DNA of 64,000 nt, from positions 1 to 64,000 of IMG/VR virus record IMGVR_UViG_3300037067_005519; one strand, written 5' to 3'. Within the stretch, counting starts at the first letter, position 1. Every line of letters begins with the position of its first letter. Made by a program: the position numbers and the translations under genes. This document shows, in pieces, positions 20,515 through 28,043 of this stretch. The stretch is from a virus. Taxonomy: Duplodnaviria > Caudoviricetes. Under the pieces are notes generated by a model. That model was not told the origin of the DNA and ran no database searches. It saw only the letters and a list, made by a program, of their open reading frames with translations.

Positions 20515-21213
20515 TTAGCCCTCTCTTGTGCCGGCAAGGGTGAAAGTGTAATCGTTGCCCGCCGCGAATTCCTCTAGCGATTCGTCGCTAGTCTGCCCCT
20601 CATAATCCTCTTCCAAGTCGTTGTAGAGCGCTTGGCAAAGAGCAAGGCGCAGCGCTTCGGCGTCGGCCTCGAATTCGTTTAGCAGCTTTTCCACCTTATC
20701 CGCCCGGCCCGTCGAATTGAATTCGATGGTCACGCGGCAAGTGCGCTCGTGTGAATACTGGTGGCTTGTCCGCTCGACTTTCGACGGATAGAGCAAGTCG
20801 CCCAGCGCTTTCAGCCGGCGGTACTTGGCTTTCGTCGCCTTGTGTGCGCCGGCCTTGTCGGCAAGCCACGGGCGGAAGTCTTCCGGCTCCCCGGCAATCG
20901 TCTTGCTCGGCTCTATTTTCGTTGCCAGAAAATCAGCCAGCTTGTCTACGTCGATATTCGCCGTGAAGCTGGCCCCGTCGCCTTGCGACCAAAATCCGGT
21001 AAAGGCAATCTTGGCGTCGGTAAAGCCGATCTGCGCCATCGCCTCTTTCCACGTATCGGTAGTGAATTCGTACCATTCGCCATCGGTTGCCGCTTGCCGC
21101 AACCATTCGCGGGCCTTGTCGATTGCCTTGCTTGTCGCCGTGCCGGCCTTGTGCAAGTCCAGCAATTCGCGGAAGGTGTAAATCGTCTTTGTGATTTCGC
21201 GCGGCATGGTCAA
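20515..21213 (-). CDS. Conserved MGE protein (GFWSQGDGA family, often auto-annotated 'antitoxin of toxin-antitoxin stability system')
   Basis: TIYTFREL...KAREW...FTGFWSQGDGASF...LYNDLEEDYE...NDYTFT; no toxin partner evident. Confidence 0.75.
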   Translation of the reverse strand: MTMPREITKTIYTFRELLDLHKAGTATSKAIDKAREWLRQAATDGEWYEFTTDTWKEAMAQIGFTDAKIAFTGFWSQGDGASFTANIDVDKLADFLATKIEPSKTIAGEPEDFRPWLADKAGAHKATKAKYRRLKALGDLLYPSKVERTSHQYSHERTCRVTIEFNSTGRADKVEKLLNEFEADAEALRLALCQALYNDLEEDYEGQTSDESLEEFAAGNDYTFTLAGTREG

Positions 21214-21773
21214 GTTCCCTCCGTAAAGCCCATGCGGGCAATCCAGCGGCGCGCCTTTTCCGGGGTGGTAAAGGCGGCGTGTTCCGTTCCGTCACAATAC
21301 ACGGCGGCCGTAAGGGTCTGATTGCCCAGCCGGCCCCGGCTAAAGGTGCGCGTGATTCGCTTGACCGTGATTGCGCCGACGTGATAGGCGGGGTGTTGGT
21401 AGAGGGTGCGCCGATTGCTGCCCGTGGTGGTGATTTTCACGATGCAGTCGGTTAGGATTCCACCCCCGGCGTTTGATCGGCTGTTGTGAAGTAGAAGAGG
21501 GATTTTGACCGGCCCCATGCTCCGGCCCACGGTTCCCTCTACGTCATTCTCTTCCAACCAGTCGCGCCCCACGGGCGGAACGGAAGTATCGCACGGCCCG
21601 ACTTTCGGCGTTGTGTAGCCGTGGTGAATGCGAATGCGCTGCCCGGAATTCCGCGCTCTTTCGATTACGCGGATTACATCGTCGGGCGTGTCGGGCGAGT
21701 AGTAAGTGCCATCGCACACGCGATAGCTCTTGTCTTGGAATGTCGCCGGCACAATGGCCGTTCTCTCTGTCAT
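21210..21773 (-). CDS. Conserved phage protein (GRDWLEExDVxGxVGRSxG family)
   Basis: TPDDVIRVIE...GRDWLEENDVEGTVGRSMGPVKIPLL...GGGILTDCIVKI. Confidence 0.8.
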   Translation of the reverse strand: MTERTAIVPATFQDKSYRVCDGTYYSPDTPDDVIRVIERARNSGQRIRIHHGYTTPKVGPCDTSVPPVGRDWLEENDVEGTVGRSMGPVKIPLLLHNSRSNAGGGILTDCIVKITTTGSNRRTLYQHPAYHVGAITVKRITRTFSRGRLGNQTLTAAVYCDGTEHAAFTTPEKARRWIARMGFTEGT

Positions 21774-21821
21774 GGTAGTCCCCTTCTCGGCCGGGGTAGT
21801 CAATCCCGGCCTTGGCGTTGT

Positions 21822-22031
21822 CTATTCGATGGTCAAGTCGGCCTCTTTCATCCCGGCAACAAGGTCGGCGGCATAGCGGGGTTCCACGCAAAGCGTAATC
21901 CCCAGCCATTGCCACGATTCTGTCTGGCAGTTTTCCCTAAGCCATTCTTTCGCGGCCGTGGTGTTCGGCATAATGGCGACGATGGTGCCCTGGTCGATGA
22001 TCGTTGCGTCGATGATGGTTGCGTTTGTCAT
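21822..22031 (-). CDS. Small conserved protein, probably leaderless
   Basis: MTNATIIDA...AKEWLRENC..ESWQWLG...VEPRY; ATG 7 nt after the -10 of copy 6. Confidence 0.7.
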   Translation of the reverse strand: MTNATIIDATIIDQGTIVAIMPNTTAAKEWLRENCQTESWQWLGITLCVEPRYAADLVAGMKEADLTIE

Positions 22032-22038
22032 ATACTCT

Positions 22039-22067
22039 ATCATACCACAATGCTGGCCCATTGTCAA
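22039..22067 (-). promoter_or_regulatory. Repeated early promoter/operator, copy 6
   Basis: TTGACA-atgggccagcattgtgg-TATGAT; the -35 supplies the TGA stop of ORF 22064-22360. Confidence 0.9.
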
Positions 22068-22360
22068 GCAATCTTAGCAGATTTTCTTTTCGCTGTCAAG
22101 CGGGCGTCGGTGTAGTAAATCCGCCGGCTTTCGTCGGGGTGGGTGAAGCTCCCCGGCCCACCCGCGATTCCCGGCTTTTCGCCGGCCGGCACTTGCGCCG
22201 CTGTCAGATACCCGTATCCGCCGTAGCTGTCGGTGGCGAAAAGAATATCCTCTAGCAAGTGGTTCCATCCGGTTCGCGCTTCCGGCGGGCAAGTTGACTT
22301 CGCGTTGCGGTCATTCACGTTGGCAATCAGGTCGGCTACTTTGATCGTTGTTTTTGGCAT
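22064..22360 (-). CDS. Conserved phage protein
   Basis: LLEDILFATDSYGGYGYL...DESRRIYY; RBS GGAGCAACCACCATG. Confidence 0.75.
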   Translation of the reverse strand: MPKTTIKVADLIANVNDRNAKSTCPPEARTGWNHLLEDILFATDSYGGYGYLTAAQVPAGEKPGIAGGPGSFTHPDESRRIYYTDARLTAKRKSAKIA

Positions 22361-22384
22361 GGTGGTTGCTCCCTTCTATACTCT

Positions 22385-22413
22385 ATCATACCACAATGCT
22401 GCCCCATTGTCAA
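22385..22413 (-). promoter_or_regulatory. Repeated early promoter/operator, copy 7
   Basis: TTGACA-atggggcagcattgtgg-TATGAT. Confidence 0.9.
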
Positions 22414-22678
22414 GTCGCTAGGCAACAATCACGCGCAACAATTCCGGTTCCACGGCCGGATAGGCGGCCGTCGCCTTGCGTCGGGCATGGTCGAAAGATA
22501 CGGCCCGAACGGTTCCCACGGGTTCGGTCACTTCCCACGTTGTACGGCTGATTGTGCCGCGCTTGTACCATCGTACTGCCGTTGCGATATGCCTTGCCAC
22601 GATGAATGTCATGGTATCCTCTTGTATTGTAGGATGCCCGCCCCAGTCACGCTAGGCCGGGGCGGGCAATCGCCATTG

Positions 22679-23404
22679 CTAGACGGCAATCTGACAATGG
22701 GCGTCAAGTAATCCGTGCAAGGTCATGGTGCGCTTCACGGCCGCCATCGGGGCGGTTCCTTTCAAGACTTCCGTGAAGTCGTTAAACAAGCTCCACACGT
22801 TGCGGGGCGCGAATTCGTCGTGCGCCGGTTTCCTCCATTCGCCGACAACCTTTGTGACGGCTTCCCCGCTGATTACACGGGCCAACAGGGCGCGGATAAT
22901 CAAGTCGTGCGCTTCCAAGTCGGAAAGCTCCCGGCCGCGATAGGCGGCAAAGCGGGCCTCTTGCTTCACGCGAAGATCGGCCAGCTTGCCTACGGCAGAG
23001 AAGATAAGCCGGTCAAGGTCACGGCCAATAAAGCGGGTATGCTTGCGGGCCACGGTCACGTCGCCGGAAAAGGAAAGGTTATCGCACACAAAGACGTGGT
23101 TGCCGAGTGAAAGGCCGGCGGGGAACGTCTTGTCATGCGAATTGCGGATACCGACAACCGTGTTCCCGCCGTCGTTGTTCTCGCCCAAGTGGAGCAAGCC
23201 AAAGTAGCGGTCGCCGCCGCGATACAAGGCGTGTTCCTCTTTGACGATTTCCTTCCCGGTGGACACAAGCGCGCCCTTGACGCTATTGACAAGGGCGTCA
23301 TGGGCTACCGGGGTCCAAGTCGGCGTAGCGTCGGGGGTGGCGACTTCCCGCAATTGTTCCATTTCGATGATTTTCGCGCCACTGTGTAAGCAAAGGCTAC
23401 TCAT
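22679..23404 (-). CDS. DUF932 family protein
   Basis: TPTWTPVAH...GIRNSHDKT...VFVCDNLSFSGD...RKHT...NVWSLFNDFTE. Confidence 0.85.
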   Translation of the reverse strand: MSSLCLHSGAKIIEMEQLREVATPDATPTWTPVAHDALVNSVKGALVSTGKEIVKEEHALYRGGDRYFGLLHLGENNDGGNTVVGIRNSHDKTFPAGLSLGNHVFVCDNLSFSGDVTVARKHTRFIGRDLDRLIFSAVGKLADLRVKQEARFAAYRGRELSDLEAHDLIIRALLARVISGEAVTKVVGEWRKPAHDEFAPRNVWSLFNDFTEVLKGTAPMAAVKRTMTLHGLLDAHCQIAV

Positions 23405-23452
23405 GGTTGCAACTCCGTGGTGAAAGGTGGTTGACTTCTCTCGTATACCACA

Positions 23453-23481
23453 ATAATACCACAATGCTGGCCCATAGTCAA
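23453..23481 (-). promoter_or_regulatory. Repeated early promoter/operator, copy 8
   Basis: TTGACT-atgggccagcattgtgg-TATTAT. Confidence 0.85.
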
Positions 23482-23533
23482 GGAAATAATTTCCGCTTTC
23501 AAGAATCCAGCCAAGTAGCCCGCCCCTACAACC

Positions 23534-24229
23534 CTACCTTGCCCGGTAGGCCAGTATGGCGCGGTAGTTTATCGCTTCGCACAAGTGGCTCGGTTTGATG
23601 GTTTCCGAACGGTCCATATTGGCAATGGTTCGAGCCACGGCTTTGATTCGCTCTTGCGCGTCGGCGTCGATATTAAGCTCGGCACACGCGGCCTTGAGCA
23701 AGTTGCGGCATTCTTCGCATAGGTCAAGGCCGGTGAATTGGGCCACGTCGGCAAGGGCGCGGGATAGGTCTGCCGAACACGTACCCGGTCGCCCTTGCAA
23801 GTCGCGCTGCGCCGGCGGCACGATTTCGATGGTTATGTCGGCAACGGGCAACTTGGCGCGGTGGCGCTCGACTTGTGCGGCCGTGCAATTGCATGGTGTT
23901 CGCGCGCTGCCGTAGTACCCGCACGGGCAGGGGCGCGCCTCAAAGGTCACGGGGCCAATATGGTGGATTGCTGCCGCGCGAAACATGCTCTTTCCGCTGT
24001 TGGGTTCGCCGATGAAAAGAATGGAGTGGTTGCCAGCGCACCCAACGGTTAGCGCCCGCTTGCCCATTTCGTTTCCCCGGATGATTGCTACATCATCGCA
24101 CTTGGCGGCGCTCGCTCGCCGGCGCAACTCGACACAACAGGCGTTATAGAGGGCAGCAAGATCGGCGTCATTCTTTCGCAATATGTCCATTGTGTTCCTA
24201 CTGGGGTTGGGCGCTTGATAGATTCGCAT
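23534..24229 (-). CDS. Miniature, internally deleted ComM/YifB (Mg-chelatase-like AAA+) homolog
   Basis: RGNEMGKRAL..GCAGNHSILFIGEPNSGKSM (Walker A), PCPCGYYG..CNCT, KAVARTIANMD...HLCEAINYR. The Walker B region and LLDRID finger are missing. Confidence 0.8.
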   Translation of the reverse strand: MRIYQAPNPSRNTMDILRKNDADLAALYNACCVELRRRASAAKCDDVAIIRGNEMGKRALTVGCAGNHSILFIGEPNSGKSMFRAAAIHHIGPVTFEARPCPCGYYGSARTPCNCTAAQVERHRAKLPVADITIEIVPPAQRDLQGRPGTCSADLSRALADVAQFTGLDLCEECRNLLKAACAELNIDADAQERIKAVARTIANMDRSETIKPSHLCEAINYRAILAYRAR

Positions 24230-24232
24230 GGG

Positions 24233-25097
24233 TCACTTCGCGTAATGTTCGGGGAAGTATCGGGGCAGTATTTCGTCCATAACTTGCTCGATATGGGCGA
24301 TTCGCTTGTGGAATTCTTCGCGCCGCTTGGCGTCTTGCAAGCCCAGCCGTTGGCATTGCTTGCGGTGAATGGCAAGGGAACGGTCATACATTTTCAGGAC
24401 GATAGCGCCGATGGTCATGGTAGTTTCCTAGCGTCGGGTTTCCGGCAACACTTCCACGTTGCCGATAGTCTTGCCGAATTCCATAACGTCTTGCCGCAAT
24501 GTACCGGCGTCGTTTGCCGTTCCGCAAACGGTTCCATCGTCGATTCCCGCCGCGCCATATAGATAGGCAAGAAACCACCCGGCGTGTTCGTGAATTTCCA
24601 CAACCAGAGGGCGCTCGGCATGGTGTCGGCTGTATTCGTCGGCAATGCGCCGCATGGTGTCATTGCCCCATTCGTCATTCGCAAGGTAAACGTAGGCGCG
24701 ATAGACTGTCATACTAGAAGTCCCCCAAGTGAAGTGCGGCGGCAATGTCGCCCTTTGCAGCTTTCGCGGCCGTTTCCGCATGGTCGCGCCGGATGGTTTC
24801 GTTCTCCATTATCTGCGCGCCACAAAGCGCCATGAATTTCGCCACGGCCGGCTTGCGCCCTTTGTAAATCCACACGCGCTGATTGCCGTCGCCGTGTATC
24901 CGTGCATCGGTAAACGTCACGCCGTTCCGCATGGCGTCACGGCAACGGAGTTCCGGCCCGACGATATACTTGCCGGTGCGCGAATGGAAGATCGACGGGG
25001 CCATGCCCGTGTTAAAACAGCCGTAGAATTCTGGCCCGCTTAGACCGCGCCCCTTTGCAAGTCTTGGCACGGTAATCGGTTTGCGTTTCGTTTGCAT
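24233..25097 (-). other. Early genes 24233-24418, 24428-24712, 24714-25097
   Basis: Coupled ORFs downstream of promoter copy 9; RBS GGAGCAACCACCATG at 25097. Confidence 0.65.
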
Positions 25098-25116
25098 GGT
25101 GGTTGCTCCTATCTAT

Positions 25117-25189
25117 ATCATACCACAATGCTGCCCCATTGTCAAGTGAAAACTTTTCGCTTGACAATGGGGCAGCATTGTGGTATGCT
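25117..25189. promoter_or_regulatory. Back-to-back divergent promoter pair (copy 9 on -, copy 10 on +) forming a near-perfect palindrome of about 69 bp
   Basis: cataccacaatgctgccccattgtcaag-tgaaaacttttcg-cttgacaatggggcagcattgtggtatg. Confidence 0.9.
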
Positions 25190-25570
25190 TGTGGTATCGG
25201 CGGGGTTTTAGCTCGCCGCTAGAGTGCCGGGTGACTCCCGGCCGGGGACTACCGCCCCAACGTGGGCTTGCTCTTTGACAATTCGATTGTGCCGGTTCCA
25301 CGGCCAGCGTCGGCGCATCCGGCGCGGACGGCAGAATTGCCGCCCACGGCTTAGACCTATCCCGGCGCGCATCCGGCGCAACCCGGACAACCATCATCGG
25401 CGCTCGGCCTTGATTCGAGCGCACGGTCGGATTATCCGGTGCTGCGCGAATGACCCGCAAGGACGGCAAGGCTGATACTATGCGCGCGAACGGCACAATC
25501 GACAAGACCAGCACAACCAGCACGACCCGCGCGACGCCGCCAACCGGCGGCACCGCTCGTCTCATATATG

Positions 25571-25676
25571 TAACCGTGTCCTCAAACCCCTAATGTCATT
25601 TTAACCGTGTCGAAATTCCGCTAAAGGTCAATTAACCGTGAGCGCCGGCGGCTGTGATGGAATTTCTAACCGTGTC
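25571..25676 (+). repeat. Phased direct repeats TAACCGTG(TC) x4
   Basis: Starts at 25571, 25602, 25633 and 25667 (spacing 31/31/34 bp) in locally AT-rich DNA. Confidence 0.75.
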
Positions 25677-26290
25677 ACCAAACCGCTATGGATGACCGGC
25701 GCAACCGGCAACGGCCGCACCATCACCGGCTCGCCGATGCCGGCCATCAAACGATACTTCCCGGAGTCGATGAGAAGTTGATAGGCGTCCTGATAGCTTC
25801 GGGCGAAGCCCTTCTGCTTCGCCATGTGCCAGATGTCGCGTAGCGCAGCGATCATGGAACCGCCTGATCGCTCACGAAGACAACCTTCGAGAAGAACAAA
25901 GACAGGATCGGACATAGTATCGACAGGCGCGGCCATACAGTCGAAGTGACAGTTGTGATGCCACCGCGATGACTGTGTACCGATCCTATCCTCGGCCATC
26001 TGTCATTGTCACGACGAGTGACCCTGGGGCAGGTGGCTGGCCCGACGTTGGTGGCTGCACCCTGACCCAGATTTGGGGCAACCCATCGTCCAAGTTGGGC
26101 GGGATGGTAACAAGATCAACCGATGGTGGCAAGGGCAATTTTGGCAGGATTCTTGGCCGTCGATCATTGCCGATCGACAGCCCATATTGTCTCAGTTGTC
26201 TTCCACGAATCACCGAAACTCCAAGCGCGAAGAGCCGATAGCGCTAAGCGCCGCGTGGGGATAGTGCCAAGCGCCGTAGGCCGTTAGCAC

Positions 26291-27232
26291 TCAAGCGCCG
26301 GCGGCCGTTAGCGCCATCGGTTGTAAGCGCGGTGTGCCGTTATGCACCACTCTGGTCAACTCCATAGCCAAGCGCTGCTGGGCAATACGCCTCCCCGGAT
26401 CGGACCCGTGCCGCGCCATAAGCGCATTGATCTCGTCCATGTCCAGGTCTGTGAAGAAGCATAGGCAGCGCCGCACGTCGGCATCTTCCACGTTGACCCA
26501 GTATTGGTAGAACTCGTAAGGCGAAGTCTTCTCGGCGTCCAGCCACAAAGCGCCGTTCTCGGTCTTGCCCATCTTCGCTCCATCGCTCTTTGTCAGCAGG
26601 GGAATAGTCAGCCCGTGCAACTGTACGCCGCTCATTCTTCTGCACAGGTCAATGCCGGCAGTGATGTTGCCCCACTGATCGCTGCCGCCGATCTGCAAGG
26701 TGCAGTTGGCGAACTCGTGCAGATGCACGAAATCGTAGGCTTGCAGGAGCATGTAGCTGAACTCCGTGTAGCTCAGGCCATTCTCCATCCGACTGCGTAC
26801 AGAGTCCTTCGTTAGCATCACGTTGACTGAAAAGTGCTTGCCGATCGTGCGCAAGACTTTCAGGTAGGTGAAGTTCCCCACCCAGTCCTGGTTGTTGGTG
26901 ATCGTAGTACCATTGAGAAGCCCTTTCAGTTGCACCTTGATGGCGGCAAGGTTTTTCTCGACTGTCTCCCATTCGAGCAGGTTCCGCTCCTCGCTCTTCC
27001 CGCTCGGATCACCGATCGCTGCGGTAGCGCCACCAATGAGAACAATGGCCTTGTGGCCTGCCTTCTGGAATCGTTTGAGAGTCATCAATGCCAGCAGGTG
27101 CCCGACGTGCAGGCTGTCAGCCGTGGGGTCGATGCCGAGGTAGACGGTCTGCGGAGTTTGCAGTAGGTCAGCCAGGCCGTCAGTCGTTTGATGGATTAGG
27201 CCACGCCATTGTAGCTCTGACAGTATGTTCAT
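26291..27232 (-). CDS. tyrS: Tyrosyl-tRNA synthetase, C-terminally truncated (no S4-like anticodon-binding domain)
   Basis: YLGIDPTADSLHVGH (HIGH), GDPSGK, QAYDF, QIGGSDQWGNI, KMGKT (KMSKS), SPYEFYQYW. Homology ends at LTRVVH. Confidence 0.95.
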   Translation of the reverse strand: MNILSELQWRGLIHQTTDGLADLLQTPQTVYLGIDPTADSLHVGHLLALMTLKRFQKAGHKAIVLIGGATAAIGDPSGKSEERNLLEWETVEKNLAAIKVQLKGLLNGTTITNNQDWVGNFTYLKVLRTIGKHFSVNVMLTKDSVRSRMENGLSYTEFSYMLLQAYDFVHLHEFANCTLQIGGSDQWGNITAGIDLCRRMSGVQLHGLTIPLLTKSDGAKMGKTENGALWLDAEKTSPYEFYQYWVNVEDADVRRCLCFFTDLDMDEINALMARHGSDPGRRIAQQRLAMELTRVVHNGTPRLQPMALTAAGA

Positions 27233-27445
27233 TTGTGTTCTCGCACGGATAATGAAGCTCTTCGCATGGCTCACATGATTGTGTGCCATCGGCAAAGAAA
27301 TACCACGGTTCCTGCCCGCGCCGGACCTTGCCGCAGAAACAGCAGACTCGTGGCGGGATTGGTGCCTCGGGTCGGGCTGGCAATACTTTTCGATTCTGGA
27401 ACATGCTCACTCCACAAACAAAACTATCAAAACCATCAAAACTAT

Positions 27446-27480
27446 CAGAGCCAGCCGGGTTGAAAGGCCGGCTGGCTCTG
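27446..27480 (-). terminator. Intrinsic terminator
   Basis: 13-bp stem cagagccagccgg/ccggctggctctg followed on - by atagttttgatggttttg. Confidence 0.75.
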
Positions 27481-27593
27481 GTGGAATCCTATTGCTCGTG
27501 CTCTACCGGGGTCCACAGCTTTGTAATCAGAAGGGACCGTTGAGCTACCGTTGGAAGGGCAGGGGTCGAACCTGCAACCCGTCGAGCATTCAC
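27481..27593 (-). ncRNA. Circularly permuted tRNA-like RNA (YrlA/Y-RNA-like topology)
   Basis: - strand: GCTCG-acgggtt-GCAGG TTCGACC CCTGC-CC ttccaac GG-TA GCTC AA[insert]GGTA GAGC A-CGAGC; the T-arm precedes the D-arm. Confidence 0.75.
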
Positions 27594-28043
27594 TGACTCA
27601 CACGAGGAACTCGCCATACAACAGCGTTTTCCGTCAGTACACCAGGCAGCATTGCTCATAACAACGCCGGTCTTACATTCTTTCGGCCGTTCAGGGCGGT
27701 CATGTTCAGAATGTCATCACTGGTTCGGTTCCATCGCTGTCGCGCCATGATAAGCGGCTTTAGCGACAGGATGCACGTCTGGCATAAACGGTATCGCATG
27801 TCTGAATCTCCTCGTAACCGATGGTTGGGTTGCCAACAACGCCTTGCAAGGTGGGCACTATAGGTATCGGATTCCTAACAAGGAAACAGGAGAAGCCTGG
27901 TTGGATTTCCGTTTGGCGCAAAGAAAAGGATCGTGGCGGATTGAGGGTTGCTAGCATCCTCAATTGGAGTTACCCGGAGTCGTAGTGCATCGGCTCTCGA
28001 TGTCCGGCTATCCACGGTGCGAGGCCGCACCGCCGCCACGCCC

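Noticed and set aside
20515-21213. Toxin-antitoxin module
   Set aside because: The family label is an unverified automatic annotation and no toxin-like neighbour is recognisable
10948-25110. CsrA control of early genes through the GGA in the shared RBS
   Set aside because: GGA is intrinsic to Shine-Dalgarno sequences, and ANGGA hairpin context is inconsistent across copies
1-25600. TAG stop-codon recoding suggested by frequent CTAG and short ORFs
   Set aside because: TAGs fall at ends of recognisable families and are followed by a new RBS and ATG; no suppressor tRNA seen
27233-27600. T-box riboswitch upstream of tyrS
   Set aside because: No T-box consensus (GGTGGNACCGCG) or specifier stem; the structure fits a permuted tRNA-like fold plus terminator
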